Below are positions 40,280 to 50,550 of a DNA stretch of 64,000 nucleotides, one piece after another. The position numbers and the translations under genes were made by a program. The stretch spans positions 41,296 to 105,295 of the IMG/VR virus record IMGVR_UViG_3300002098_001673. One strand, given 5' to 3'. Origin of the DNA: a virus. Under the pieces are notes generated by a model. The model was not told the DNA's origin. It saw only the letters and a program-made list of their open reading frames with translations, and made no database searches. Numbering within the stretch: position 1 is the stretch's first letter; the number at the start of each line of letters is the position of its first letter.

Positions 40280-41916
40280 TAACTGTAGGTTATTCAACAA
40301 GAAAATCAAATCCTGAATTTACAGAATATTTGAAAAAAAGTTCTGGATTTAAAAAAATTAATGTTATTGAAAAAATAAATAATGGTGAGAAATCATTGTC
40401 TCAAGTTTATAATGAAATATTATCTGAATCTACAACTGACATAATTGTTTTTTGTCATGACGACATTTATTTTGATACTCCTGGTTGGTATTATAAATTA
40501 CTAAAACATTTTCAAAAAACTGATTATGGTATTTTAGGAGTTGCAGGAACAACAGATATGTCAGAAACTGGTAGATGGTGGGAGACAAATAAAAGAAAAA
40601 ACATGATTGGAATTGTTAATCATGAAAGTGGTGGTAAAAAATGGACATCAAAATATTCTGAAGATTTTAATAACGGTATTAAACAATCTGTAATTGTTGA
40701 TGGACTTTTTATTGCAGTTAATAAACAAAGAATTAAAAGTAATTTTATTGAATCTTTTAAAGGGTTTCACTTTTATGACATTTCTTTTTGTTTTGAAAAT
40801 CATATACAAGGGGTTAAAGTTGGGGTTATCACAAATGTTAGAATTACACATAAATCTATCGGAGAAACTAATGAACAATGGGAAGAAAATAGAATTCAAT
40901 TTGCCGAAAAATATAAAAATAACTTCCCTGCAAAAGTACCTTTTGACCCAAATAAAAGGATAAAAGTTTTATTATCTTGTTTATTTTTCGGAGGATTTAC
41001 TGGTTCTGAATTATATGTATTTGAACTCGCTAAAAGTTTAATGAAACTTAATTGCAGTGTTACTGTATTGTCTCAAATAGGAGGTCCATTAACAGATATG
41101 GCAAAAAAAATAGGAATTAAATGTTTATCCTATGAGAACGCTCCAGGGTTTAAATTAGGTGATGGGGTTTGGTCATTTAATGGACCAAACGGAAAAGAAG
41201 TTTCAAAATTAAATACATTATATAAAATATCAGATGTTGATTTTGATATAATACATGTCCAACATAAACCAGTCGCTGAAAGAATTCTTGGTATGTATCC
41301 TGACATAAATATGATTTGTACAATACACTCTGAAGTAATGTCTAAAAATCTTGAGGACCCAATTATCAATAATTCAATAAAAAAATACATCGCAATTAGA
41401 CCTGAAATTAAAGAACATCTTATCAATAATTTTGATATTCCTGAGAATATGATTGAAATCATTTACAATCCTATTGATAATGAAAAATTTAAACATAAAG
41501 ATATTAAAGAAGAAAATTGTTTAGTTTTTGTTGGAACAATTGATTATTTGAGAGAAAAGGCGATTAAAGATTTGATTGAAAAAACAAAAAATGATGGATT
41601 GGAATTATGGCTAATTGGTGAGAATAAATCAAATTATTTGGAAGATATTTTACAAAATTCGCATGTGAAACATTTTCCTCCAACATGGAATGTAGAGCAG
41701 TATGTTACCAAATGTAAAGAAACTGCAGGAATACAATTAGGAAGAACCACAATTGAGGGATGGATGTGTAATAAACCTGGATGGATATATAAAGTAGATT
41801 CTAATGGTGATATTTTAGAAATAACTAAAAATGAGCCACCCTCCGACATTGAAAAGTATTATTCATTAAATGTTGCCAATCAAATAAAAGAAGAATATAT
41901 TAAAATATTATCATGA
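40276..41916 (+). CDS. Bifunctional GT-A + GT-B glycosyltransferase
   Basis: VFCHDD, VDGLF, FHFYD in N half; TGSELYVFELA, GRTTIEGW in C half. Confidence 0.8.
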   Translation: MITVGYSTRKSNPEFTEYLKKSSGFKKINVIEKINNGEKSLSQVYNEILSESTTDIIVFCHDDIYFDTPGWYYKLLKHFQKTDYGILGVAGTTDMSETGRWWETNKRKNMIGIVNHESGGKKWTSKYSEDFNNGIKQSVIVDGLFIAVNKQRIKSNFIESFKGFHFYDISFCFENHIQGVKVGVITNVRITHKSIGETNEQWEENRIQFAEKYKNNFPAKVPFDPNKRIKVLLSCLFFGGFTGSELYVFELAKSLMKLNCSVTVLSQIGGPLTDMAKKIGIKCLSYENAPGFKLGDGVWSFNGPNGKEVSKLNTLYKISDVDFDIIHVQHKPVAERILGMYPDINMICTIHSEVMSKNLEDPIINNSIKKYIAIRPEIKEHLINNFDIPENMIEIIYNPIDNEKFKHKDIKEENCLVFVGTIDYLREKAIKDLIEKTKNDGLELWLIGENKSNYLEDILQNSHVKHFPPTWNVEQYVTKCKETAGIQLGRTTIEGWMCNKPGWIYKVDSNGDILEITKNEPPSDIEKYYSLNVANQIKEEYIKILS

Positions 41917-43073
41917 AAATTGGTGTTATTGGTGCCGAAAAAGAAGGACTTGCGTTTTCACTCATATGTAAAAAAAACGGATACAATGTGATGATTTCAG
42001 ATGAAGATGAAAATTTAATTTTGAATCTAAATCAAGGAATTTATTTACCAAATGATAATAGTATTAAAAAACTTTTATTTGAAATCGGTACTTCACCAAC
42101 AACAACATCAGTTATAGATATAATAAAACATAGTGATATTATTTTTGTATTTGTTCAAACCCCTTTAAATATTGATGGATATTATGATACGAAAAATATT
42201 TTTGATGTATTAAAATATTTTTACGATTGTTCTTCTTTAGATATTCCATTGTATGATAAAAAGTTTGTTATTTGTTCTTCAACAAATATTGGTGAAGTAG
42301 AAGAAATACAAAAAAGATTATCTATGTTCAGTATTCAAGTGGCATATAATCCGTTCTTTGTATATGAAGATAATACTGTGAATCAAATTGAGGAATCGGA
42401 CATCGTTTTAATTGGAACTGAATTTGAAACATTATCAAATGATTTAATCAATTTATATCGTAAAATTCAAACAAAATCAGTTAACGCATTTGTAATGTCT
42501 ACAAAAGCGTCTGAGATGACCAAATTATCAATAAACTCTATGGTTGCTTATAAACTATCGTATTCTAATATGATAGGTGATATTGCAACTAAAATGGGGT
42601 TTAAAGACGAAATAAATTTAATATTCAAAGCTATAGGTAATGATAAAAGAATCGGTGAAAAATCTTTAAATTATAATTTTGGATTTGATGGACCACATTT
42701 ACATGGGGATAATAAATCATTAAATTATTTTATAAAAAAAATAGAAATAGATAACGGCTTAATTCAAGGTGTTGAAAATTTTAATGAGTCACATTTAATT
42801 TTTTTAAAAAATTATTATCTAAATTTAAATCCAGATAAAACTATACCATTTATTATTGATGGGATAGGTTTTAAAAAAACAAATAATACAATTGAGAATT
42901 CTAAAAAATATCAACTTTGTATTTCTTTATTAGAAGAGGGATATACTTTATATGTTATTAACAACGAAAAAATAACAAAAGATTTAAATGATTTGAGTGA
43001 ATCTTATAACAATAGAATTAAGTTTTTTAAAATAAACTCAAATTTAAAAGGATGTAAAATTAAAATAAATTAA
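41913..43073 (+). CDS. UDP-glucose/GDP-mannose dehydrogenase-like protein, degenerate active site
   Basis: IFVFVQTP, YNP, SEMTKL..N, DKRIG, GIGFK match the family; Rossmann GxGxxG reads GAEKEG and catalytic GGxC reads DGPH. Confidence 0.75.
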   Translation: MKIGVIGAEKEGLAFSLICKKNGYNVMISDEDENLILNLNQGIYLPNDNSIKKLLFEIGTSPTTTSVIDIIKHSDIIFVFVQTPLNIDGYYDTKNIFDVLKYFYDCSSLDIPLYDKKFVICSSTNIGEVEEIQKRLSMFSIQVAYNPFFVYEDNTVNQIEESDIVLIGTEFETLSNDLINLYRKIQTKSVNAFVMSTKASEMTKLSINSMVAYKLSYSNMIGDIATKMGFKDEINLIFKAIGNDKRIGEKSLNYNFGFDGPHLHGDNKSLNYFIKKIEIDNGLIQGVENFNESHLIFLKNYYLNLNPDKTIPFIIDGIGFKKTNNTIENSKKYQLCISLLEEGYTLYVINNEKITKDLNDLSESYNNRIKFFKINSNLKGCKIKIN

Positions 43074-43078
43074 ATAAT

Positions 43079-43795
43079 ATGAAATTAAGAGTATTAATCA
43101 TAAATTTAAATAATAAAAATTATACAACTAATTGTATTAACTCATTATTTAATCAAAAATTTAATGAATTCAAAATAACATTATTTGACCAAAATTCTAA
43201 TGAAGAAGGGACTAATGAAATGTTGGATTATTTTGAAAGTAAAAATGTTGATGTTATTAGAAATAAAACAAACGACCCTGTAAATTCTGTTTGGAATTGG
43301 TTTTATAAAAATCATACGGAGGACATTTTATGTTTTTTAAATAATGATGTTTTAATTCATAATAATTTTATATCAGATGTTATTCATGTTTTTGAAAACG
43401 AATTAAATGTCGGTATTGTTGTACATTCTACAAATCATGATGACTTTACAACAAAAAAGGATATTGTTGAGTATAAAATTGTTGAACCAAAAAAATACAT
43501 GCAAGGATGGGATTTTAGTATTAGAAGAGAATTATTTACTTTAATACCTGAGATATTAAAAACTTATTGTGGCGATGATTTTATTTTTTATAATTTATAT
43601 AATAAAGGTTTTGATTTAGCATATATCACCAGTTCGCCTATGATTCATTTCGAGGGTCAGAGTAAACCTTTTATGATTCACGGTGGATATATTGATACGA
43701 TAAATTATTTAAAATTAGGATTACCTCATAATTTAATGATTAATCCAAACTATTCAAAAATAAAACCCAATAAAATTTTTATCACTAATGGATAA
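43079..43795 (+). CDS. GT2 glycosyltransferase
   Basis: DQNS, FLNNDV, YCGDD. Confidence 0.8.
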   Translation: MKLRVLIINLNNKNYTTNCINSLFNQKFNEFKITLFDQNSNEEGTNEMLDYFESKNVDVIRNKTNDPVNSVWNWFYKNHTEDILCFLNNDVLIHNNFISDVIHVFENELNVGIVVHSTNHDDFTTKKDIVEYKIVEPKKYMQGWDFSIRRELFTLIPEILKTYCGDDFIFYNLYNKGFDLAYITSSPMIHFEGQSKPFMIHGGYIDTINYLKLGLPHNLMINPNYSKIKPNKIFITNG

Positions 43796-44381
43796 CGATA
43801 TTATAGATATTGTTGCGGTAACATACGGACAGAATGAAATATTAAAATGTTTTATCAATTCAATAAAAGCGCAAACCAATAATAACTGGAGACTTTTTTT
43901 GATTCATGATGGTAAAAATAATGAATTACATAATGATTTGAGAGAAAATGGTTACCTAAATGAAAATGTTATTTTTATAGAATATCCTGAAAGAACTATG
44001 AATTATGGTCATTCTTTAAGAAAATGGGCTTTGGAAAATTTAGTGACCAATGAATATGTTCTTTTAACTAATGGGGATAATTACTATACACCAAATATGG
44101 TTAGTGAAGTATTAAATAAAAAAGAGGATTTAATATATTTTGATTGCGTTCACTCACACAATAACATAATGAATCATAATAAATCTTCATATGGTTACAT
44201 GAATAGTATTTTATCTATTTCTAATATCGATATGGGATGTGTTGTTGTTAGAACTAGTATTGCTAAATCTGTAGGATTTAATTCGATTGGATTTGCAGCA
44301 GATTGGAATTATTTTAGTGATGTAATTAAAAAAAATCCCTCAATAATAAAAATAAACAAAATCTTGTTTGTTCATAACTAA
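43788..44381 (+). CDS. GT2 glycosyltransferase
   Basis: IHDG, GHSLR, NGDNYY, AADW. Confidence 0.8.
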   Translation: MDNDIIDIVAVTYGQNEILKCFINSIKAQTNNNWRLFLIHDGKNNELHNDLRENGYLNENVIFIEYPERTMNYGHSLRKWALENLVTNEYVLLTNGDNYYTPNMVSEVLNKKEDLIYFDCVHSHNNIMNHNKSSYGYMNSILSISNIDMGCVVVRTSIAKSVGFNSIGFAADWNYFSDVIKKNPSIIKINKILFVHN

Positions 44382-44395
44382 AAAAAATAAAACTG

Positions 44396-44884
44396 ATGGA
44401 TTTAATAAATTTTAAAAATAAAGACTATCCATATTTTCAGTCTATAGGATACGCCTCTCAATTTGCAATACCATACGCAAAATTTTTTTGTAAAGGAATT
44501 GGTTATGATATTGGATGTAAGAGAATTGAATGGTCTTTTCCTGGTTCAATACCAATTGACCCTGTAATTAATGAAAAATATGACGCAACCAACTTACCAA
44601 ACAATAATGTTGATTACATTTTCTCAAGTCATTGTTTAGAACATTTAACTGATTGGGTTTCCGTTTTAGATTATTGGTACGATTCTATAAAAGAAGAAGG
44701 AGTAATTTTTCTTTATCTTCCCAGTTATTCGCAAGAATATTGGAGACCTTGGAATAATAAAAAACATGTTAACATTTTTACACCTCAAATAATTTCAGAT
44801 TATTTCAATCATAAGAATATGAAAAATATTTTTTATAGTGGGATTGATTTGAATAACTCCTTTATGATTGTTGCGGAAAAATGA
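44396..44884 (+). CDS. Class I SAM methyltransferase
   Basis: YDIGC, DYIFSSHCLEH, LYLP. Confidence 0.8.
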   Translation: MDLINFKNKDYPYFQSIGYASQFAIPYAKFFCKGIGYDIGCKRIEWSFPGSIPIDPVINEKYDATNLPNNNVDYIFSSHCLEHLTDWVSVLDYWYDSIKEEGVIFLYLPSYSQEYWRPWNNKKHVNIFTPQIISDYFNHKNMKNIFYSGIDLNNSFMIVAEK

Positions 44885-45585
44885 AATACATATTTAATCA
44901 ATATCAAGGATTGGGGGATATTTTATTTTGTGAACCTATTGCCAAATATTTTTATGAAGATGGGAATAATGAAATTTTATGGCCAGTAAATGATGAGTTT
45001 ATGTGGTTAACTGACTACATAAAATATATTAATTTTGTTCCTAAATCAAGTTGTAATATTAATTACGAATCATTACATTTGGGGTTACTTGATTCAAATA
45101 CATATTTTGTACCATTACGATTTGCAAATCCAATTGTTAGGAAATTAAGACCTCACGATTATTCTGACCAATATCACACAATGTTAGATAAATATAGGAT
45201 GTTAAATCTTCCTGAAGATATGTGGAGAACATTTAAATGGGAAAGAAATTTAACTAAAGAAAATGAACTTTATGATTTACTAATAAAAGATGAAAACTAT
45301 ATATTAGTTAACGGTAAATGGAGTGATGGTAATGTTGAAATTAAAACTGAATCTAATTTTAAAAGAATTGAAATGAGTATTTTAAACGGATTCTCATTAT
45401 TTGATTGGTCTAAAATTATTGAAAATGCTTTGGAAATTCATACTGTATCCACATCAAATTTATTTTTATTAGAAACTTTAAAATTAAAAACTGATAAAAT
45501 TAATATCTACCTAAGAAAACCAAGAGAAAATAATTTTGACGGTATATCTGAATTTGTTAATAAAAATTTTAAATTGATTTTATAA
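44881..45585 (+). CDS. Putative glycosyltransferase (GT-B-like)
   Basis: QGLGDILF N-terminal motif; IIENALEIHTVSTS. Confidence 0.55.
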   Translation: MKYIFNQYQGLGDILFCEPIAKYFYEDGNNEILWPVNDEFMWLTDYIKYINFVPKSSCNINYESLHLGLLDSNTYFVPLRFANPIVRKLRPHDYSDQYHTMLDKYRMLNLPEDMWRTFKWERNLTKENELYDLLIKDENYILVNGKWSDGNVEIKTESNFKRIEMSILNGFSLFDWSKIIENALEIHTVSTSNLFLLETLKLKTDKINIYLRKPRENNFDGISEFVNKNFKLIL

Positions 45586-45586
45586 A

Positions 45587-46330
45587 ATGAAAATTAACTC
45601 TTATGGAATAAATTTTATTTTTAATAATCAAAAAAATAAAAAAATACCTAATTTTGATTGGTTTATCGATGTGTTAAAAAAACAAATATGGGAACCTGAA
45701 ACTTTTAAAATTTTTAATAAATTTAAAGATAAAGATAAAATTGCCATTGATATTGGAGGATGGATTGGTCCTACAACAATTTTTTTATCTAAAATCTTTA
45801 AAGAAGTAATAACAATTGAAGCAGATATTATCGCTTTTGAGTCATTATCCGAAAATATTAAAGATAATTTTTGTGAAAATGTTACTTTGCATAATAAAGC
45901 GTTCCATAACAGTAAAACTAATAATATTTTTTTTGGTGTTAATAATTTTGAATTTGACTCTATTTTAGGTTCATCAACAAGTCAGACTAAAACTGAAAAA
46001 AAAATAGATAATGATTATTTAATCGATACAATTAATATTATTAATTTAATAGAAAATATTGACCCATATAACATAGGTTTAATAAAAGTTGATATTGAGG
46101 GTGGTGATGAAGATGTTTTTGAAGAATTAATTTTATTTGGTTCTAAATATGGGTGGAAAATATGGATTTCATTTCATTATGAATGGTGGAAAGATAAAAA
46201 TATTAAAAAATTTGAACACTTAATACCTTTGATAAAAAAAGTTAGTATAAATAGTGATGAAATATTAAAAAATGATTTGTTATCATTAATAAAAAAAAAT
46301 GTACCAGAATCATTTCTAATTGAACTATAA
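45587..46330 (+). CDS. FkbM-family methyltransferase
   Basis: WEPET, IDIGGWIG, IKVDIEGG. Confidence 0.85.
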   Translation: MKINSYGINFIFNNQKNKKIPNFDWFIDVLKKQIWEPETFKIFNKFKDKDKIAIDIGGWIGPTTIFLSKIFKEVITIEADIIAFESLSENIKDNFCENVTLHNKAFHNSKTNNIFFGVNNFEFDSILGSSTSQTKTEKKIDNDYLIDTINIINLIENIDPYNIGLIKVDIEGGDEDVFEELILFGSKYGWKIWISFHYEWWKDKNIKKFEHLIPLIKKVSINSDEILKNDLLSLIKKNVPESFLIEL

Positions 46331-46339
46331 ATTTATAAA

Positions 46340-47077
46340 ATGAAAATACACTCATACATCGTTGCATATAATGAAGAAAAATTATTACCATTCACTTTAG
46401 ATTATTATTCTATTTTCTGTGAAAAAATATTTATTTACGATAATTTTTCAACAGACTCTTCTGATGAGATTTATAAAAAATATAATAAAGTTATTGTAAA
46501 TAAATTTGATACTCAAAATACACAAGATGAAATTATTACAAGAAATATTAAATCAAATGAGTATAAAAAATATAGTAGAAATTGCGATGTTGATTGGGTA
46601 ATTATTGCCGATTGTGACGAATTTATATACCATCCTAATTTAATTGAAAAGCTTAAAGAATATAAAAAAAATGGTATCACAGTGGCTCAAACAAGTGGAC
46701 ATGAAATGGCTAGTGTAACATTTCCCGAATATGATGGACAATTATTGCCAAACATAATTAAAATAGGTTCTGAAAAAATGAAAATGTTATCTAAAAATAC
46801 TATTTTTAATCCAAATATTGATATTAATTTTGGTATAGGAACACATAATTTTACTTCCAATAATACAGTTTTATCCCCTAACGATGATATTAAAATTTTG
46901 CATTACAAGTGTTTAGGTAAAGAATATGTTACTAACATATATAAAGAACGATTTAAAAGATTAAGCCATTCAAGTAAAATGAACGCATGGAATACTCATT
47001 ATTCTAAAATAGATGAATTTATAAAACTGATGGATGATATCTTAGAAAAAAATAAAAATGTTGTAGATAATTTATAA
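46340..47077 (+). CDS. GT2-like glycosyltransferase
   Basis: YNEEKLLP, YDNFSTD, DWVIIADCDEF, LHYK. Confidence 0.8.
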   Translation: MKIHSYIVAYNEEKLLPFTLDYYSIFCEKIFIYDNFSTDSSDEIYKKYNKVIVNKFDTQNTQDEIITRNIKSNEYKKYSRNCDVDWVIIADCDEFIYHPNLIEKLKEYKKNGITVAQTSGHEMASVTFPEYDGQLLPNIIKIGSEKMKMLSKNTIFNPNIDINFGIGTHNFTSNNTVLSPNDDIKILHYKCLGKEYVTNIYKERFKRLSHSSKMNAWNTHYSKIDEFIKLMDDILEKNKNVVDNL

Positions 47078-47742
47078 TGATACCAGTAACATTTACTATT
47101 ACTTCCTGTAATAGAATTGATTTATTAAAAAAAACAATAGATAGTTTTACATCAATTAACAATTATATAATTGATGAATTTATATTATCTGATGATTCTG
47201 ATAATACAGAAATTTCAAATCATATAAAAATTAATTACGGAGATAAATTTAAAATAATTTCAAACTCACCAAGAATAGGACTCTCAAAAAGTTTGGATAA
47301 TTTATTTAAAACTTCAAAAAATGAATTTATTTTTCATTGCGAGGATGATTGGATGTTTGATAGTAATCCTAATTTAATTAATAATTCTTTAGATATATTA
47401 AATGAAAATCCAGATATACATCAAGTAAGTGTTAGGCACGCTTATAATAGTCCTCATAAACCTATTGGAGATAAACTATATACTAGTACATCGGTAGAAT
47501 ATTGGATTTTAAGTCAAGAATTCAGAAGTATGCCAACACAAGTATGGAATGGGTATAGTTGGAACCCTGGATTAAGGCGTAAATCAGATTATTTAAAAAT
47601 GTTTCCTAACGGTTTATCCGAATTTGGTGATGAATATAATTGCGCCGATTATGTAAGAAAATTTAACTATAAATCCGCAGCATTGGTTAATACTTCTTGT
47701 TATCATTTAGGAATAGAAAGGACTAAAAATTTTATATTATAA
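47077..47742 (+). CDS. GT2-like glycosyltransferase
   Basis: TSCNR.DLL, FHCEDDW, SWNPGLRR. Confidence 0.8.
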   Translation: MIPVTFTITSCNRIDLLKKTIDSFTSINNYIIDEFILSDDSDNTEISNHIKINYGDKFKIISNSPRIGLSKSLDNLFKTSKNEFIFHCEDDWMFDSNPNLINNSLDILNENPDIHQVSVRHAYNSPHKPIGDKLYTSTSVEYWILSQEFRSMPTQVWNGYSWNPGLRRKSDYLKMFPNGLSEFGDEYNCADYVRKFNYKSAALVNTSCYHLGIERTKNFIL

Positions 47743-47753
47743 AATATTATAAC

Positions 47754-49043
47754 ATGGATTTATTAATAAATGGAAAATTTGTTAAAGTCATAGAATATGA
47801 AACAGATATTAATGGATTAAAATTCAGGCCTCAATTTGATATAAATTACAATAATGATGCTGATTGGGAATCATTTACTTTGTCTCACACACAAGAAGTA
47901 TCCCAAAGAAATTATAATCTTGTAAAAGAAATAACATCAAATTATATGACTCATGGTATCATGGAAATTGGTATTTCCAGAAATGGTGATGGGTCTTTTA
48001 CAAATGCAATTTTAAATAACAAACCAAATAACATACCTTATTTAGGTGTTGATATAGAAGATAAAACATATTTAAATAATGAATTTAAAAAAATTTTCAC
48101 AATTAAAGAAAATTCATTTAATCAAAGAACTGTTAGAAATTATGCAAAAAAAATAGGATTAGAAAAAATATCAATACTTTTTATTGACGGTTGGCATTCT
48201 TTAAATGCTGCGATAAATGATTGGATGTATTCTGATATGTTATCAGATAATGGTATTGTAATAATTCACGACACAAATGGGCATCCGGGTCCATATGTTC
48301 TTATGGAATCAATAGATGAAACAAAATATAGAATAGAAAAACATTTCCAAAATGAAGATGATTATGGTATTGGAATTGCATATAAATTAAATAATAATTT
48401 ACGACAAATTTTTAGAAATTATGGTTCATACGGTAGAATTGAATTAAATGAAGACCATTGTGGACCAGGGTCAACTTTATGGTATACTCAACCAATTCGT
48501 AATCAATTACTTCCTTTATTAAAAAAATATAATATTAATAGTATATTAGATGCTCCTTGTGGAGATTTCCAATGGATGAGTAAAATTAATTTCCCTCAAG
48601 AATTCGATTATTTAGGTGGGGATTTACATGAATCTTTAATAGAAAGAAATAGAAAATTATATAAAAAAAATTTTATGGTAATTGATATTACAGAAGATAT
48701 ATTACCATCAAAAGATTTACTCTTTGTGAGAGATTGTCTATTTCATTTAACCGATGAATTTAAATTAAAATTTTTTAAAAATTTTTTATCATCTAATTTC
48801 AAATACATATTAACAAGTAATCATCCTAAACACAATTATAATAAAGATGTTAGTATTTCGATGGATGGTCATTTTCATGAAAACATTAATTGGGAATTAC
48901 CTCCTTGGAATTTTCCAAAATCAATAGACACTATTATAGATTATGATGAAAAAAATTCTAATTTTTTATATTACCCATATAGAACAATGGAATTATGGTC
49001 ATTTGAACAAATAAAGTCGGTGTTTAAAGATTATTTTATATGA
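47754..49043 (+). CDS. Two-domain SAM methyltransferase fusion
   Basis: Domain 1: MEIG, LFIDGWH, IIHD; domain 2: GPGST, ILDAPCGDFQW, RDCLFHL. Confidence 0.75.
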   Translation: MDLLINGKFVKVIEYETDINGLKFRPQFDINYNNDADWESFTLSHTQEVSQRNYNLVKEITSNYMTHGIMEIGISRNGDGSFTNAILNNKPNNIPYLGVDIEDKTYLNNEFKKIFTIKENSFNQRTVRNYAKKIGLEKISILFIDGWHSLNAAINDWMYSDMLSDNGIVIIHDTNGHPGPYVLMESIDETKYRIEKHFQNEDDYGIGIAYKLNNNLRQIFRNYGSYGRIELNEDHCGPGSTLWYTQPIRNQLLPLLKKYNINSILDAPCGDFQWMSKINFPQEFDYLGGDLHESLIERNRKLYKKNFMVIDITEDILPSKDLLFVRDCLFHLTDEFKLKFFKNFLSSNFKYILTSNHPKHNYNKDVSISMDGHFHENINWELPPWNFPKSIDTIIDYDEKNSNFLYYPYRTMELWSFEQIKSVFKDYFI

Positions 49044-49471
49044 TACTAATATCTCATAGAGGAAATATTAATGGAAAAAATTCTGATAGAGAAAACTCAA
49101 TAGAATATATCGAAGAAGCTCTTGATATGGGTTATAATGTTGAAATTGATGTTTGGGTTATTGATAATAAATTTTATTTGGGTCATGATAATCCACTTTA
49201 TGAAGTGGATTTTTTATTTTTAATTAATAATAAATTATGGTGCCATGCAAAAAATTTAGAAGCGTTATTAAAAATGAAAAATTATGATATAAATTGTTTT
49301 TGGCATGAAAATGACGAATTTACTCTTACTTCAAAAAATTACATATGGAGTTATCCAAGAAAAGAAAGTTGTGAAAATACTATTGTGGTTATGCCAGAAA
49401 TATTTAACACTAATATCGATAATTGTTTAGGAATTTGTTCTGATTTTATTGCAAATTATAAAGAACATTAA
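49040..49471 (+). CDS. Short GDPD-like phosphodiesterase
   Basis: ISHRGN, EN, VEIDVW, LGHD, WCHAKN, GICSD. Confidence 0.7.
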   Translation: MILISHRGNINGKNSDRENSIEYIEEALDMGYNVEIDVWVIDNKFYLGHDNPLYEVDFLFLINNKLWCHAKNLEALLKMKNYDINCFWHENDEFTLTSKNYIWSYPRKESCENTIVVMPEIFNTNIDNCLGICSDFIANYKEH

Positions 49472-49522
49472 AATCGTATACTTTTTAATAATCATGATTA
49501 ATTTTATACAAAATATATTATT

Positions 49523-50242
49523 GTGGTTAATGTAATAATACCAATGGCAGGTGCAGGAAGAAGATTTTATGACGCAGGGTATACAATACCAAAACCATTT
49601 ATCCCCGTTTTCAAAAAACCAATGGTACAATCAGTTGTTGAAAATTTAAATATTAATGGAAATTATATTTTTATAATTCAAAAACAACATTCAATTGGTA
49701 ATAATTTAGAAATTTTTTTAAACAGTATTAGTCCAGGATGTGTGATAATTTCAATAGATGAATTAACCGATGGACCCGCATGTACCGCCTTATTAGCTGA
49801 AAAATATATTGACGATAATCCATTGATTATTGTTAATTGTGACCAAATAATACACGACTTTGATGTGAATAAATTACTTGAATTTAGTGAAAAAAATAAT
49901 GCTGATGGTATTTTAGGTGCATTTATTTCTTCTTCAAAGAAAAATTCTTACATGAAATTAGACCCCCATGGTGAAGTAACCGAAGTAAAAGAAAAAATTG
50001 TTATAAGTAATATTGCAACTAATGGATTACATTTTTGGAAAAATGGTAAAGATTTTATATCTTCTGCTAAAGAAATGATTTTATCAGGTGAAAAATATAA
50101 TAATGAATTTTATATTGCACCATCTTATAATCATTTAATAAAATTAAATAAAAAAATATTACCATACTTCTATAATTTACATTTTCCAATAGGAACTCCT
50201 GAAGATTTAAAAATTTATCAAAACTTATATGGATATAATTAA
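49523..50242 (+). CDS. Sugar nucleotidyltransferase (NTP_transferase family)
   Basis: IPMAGAGRRF...PKP, GPACT, NCD, EK, NEFYIAP, GTPEDL; GTG start. Confidence 0.85.
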   Translation: MVNVIIPMAGAGRRFYDAGYTIPKPFIPVFKKPMVQSVVENLNINGNYIFIIQKQHSIGNNLEIFLNSISPGCVIISIDELTDGPACTALLAEKYIDDNPLIIVNCDQIIHDFDVNKLLEFSEKNNADGILGAFISSSKKNSYMKLDPHGEVTEVKEKIVISNIATNGLHFWKNGKDFISSAKEMILSGEKYNNEFYIAPSYNHLIKLNKKILPYFYNLHFPIGTPEDLKIYQNLYGYN

Positions 50243-50549
50243 AATGAAAACTATGTTGGGTGGGTGGTTTATAGGAAACTTTGAACCATCAGCATACAAA
50301 ACAGACCAGTTTGAAGTTTGTTATAAACATCATTATAAAGGTGAAAAATGGGATTCTCATTATCATAAAGAAAGTACTGAAATAAATTATTTGGTTAATG
50401 GAAAAATGATTATTCAAAACAAAGAATTAAACACTGGAGATATATTCATATTAAAACCTTATGAAATTGCTGACCCGGTCTTTATTGAAGATTGTACAGT
50501 TTTAATTGTTAAAACTCCATCAGTACCTAAAGATAAATATATTATATAA
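50229..50549 (+). CDS. Cupin-fold protein
   Basis: GWFIGNF, HYHK..TEINY...G, GDIFIL.P. Confidence 0.75.
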   Translation: MDIIKMKTMLGGWFIGNFEPSAYKTDQFEVCYKHHYKGEKWDSHYHKESTEINYLVNGKMIIQNKELNTGDIFILKPYEIADPVFIEDCTVLIVKTPSVPKDKYII

Positions 50550-50550
50550 T

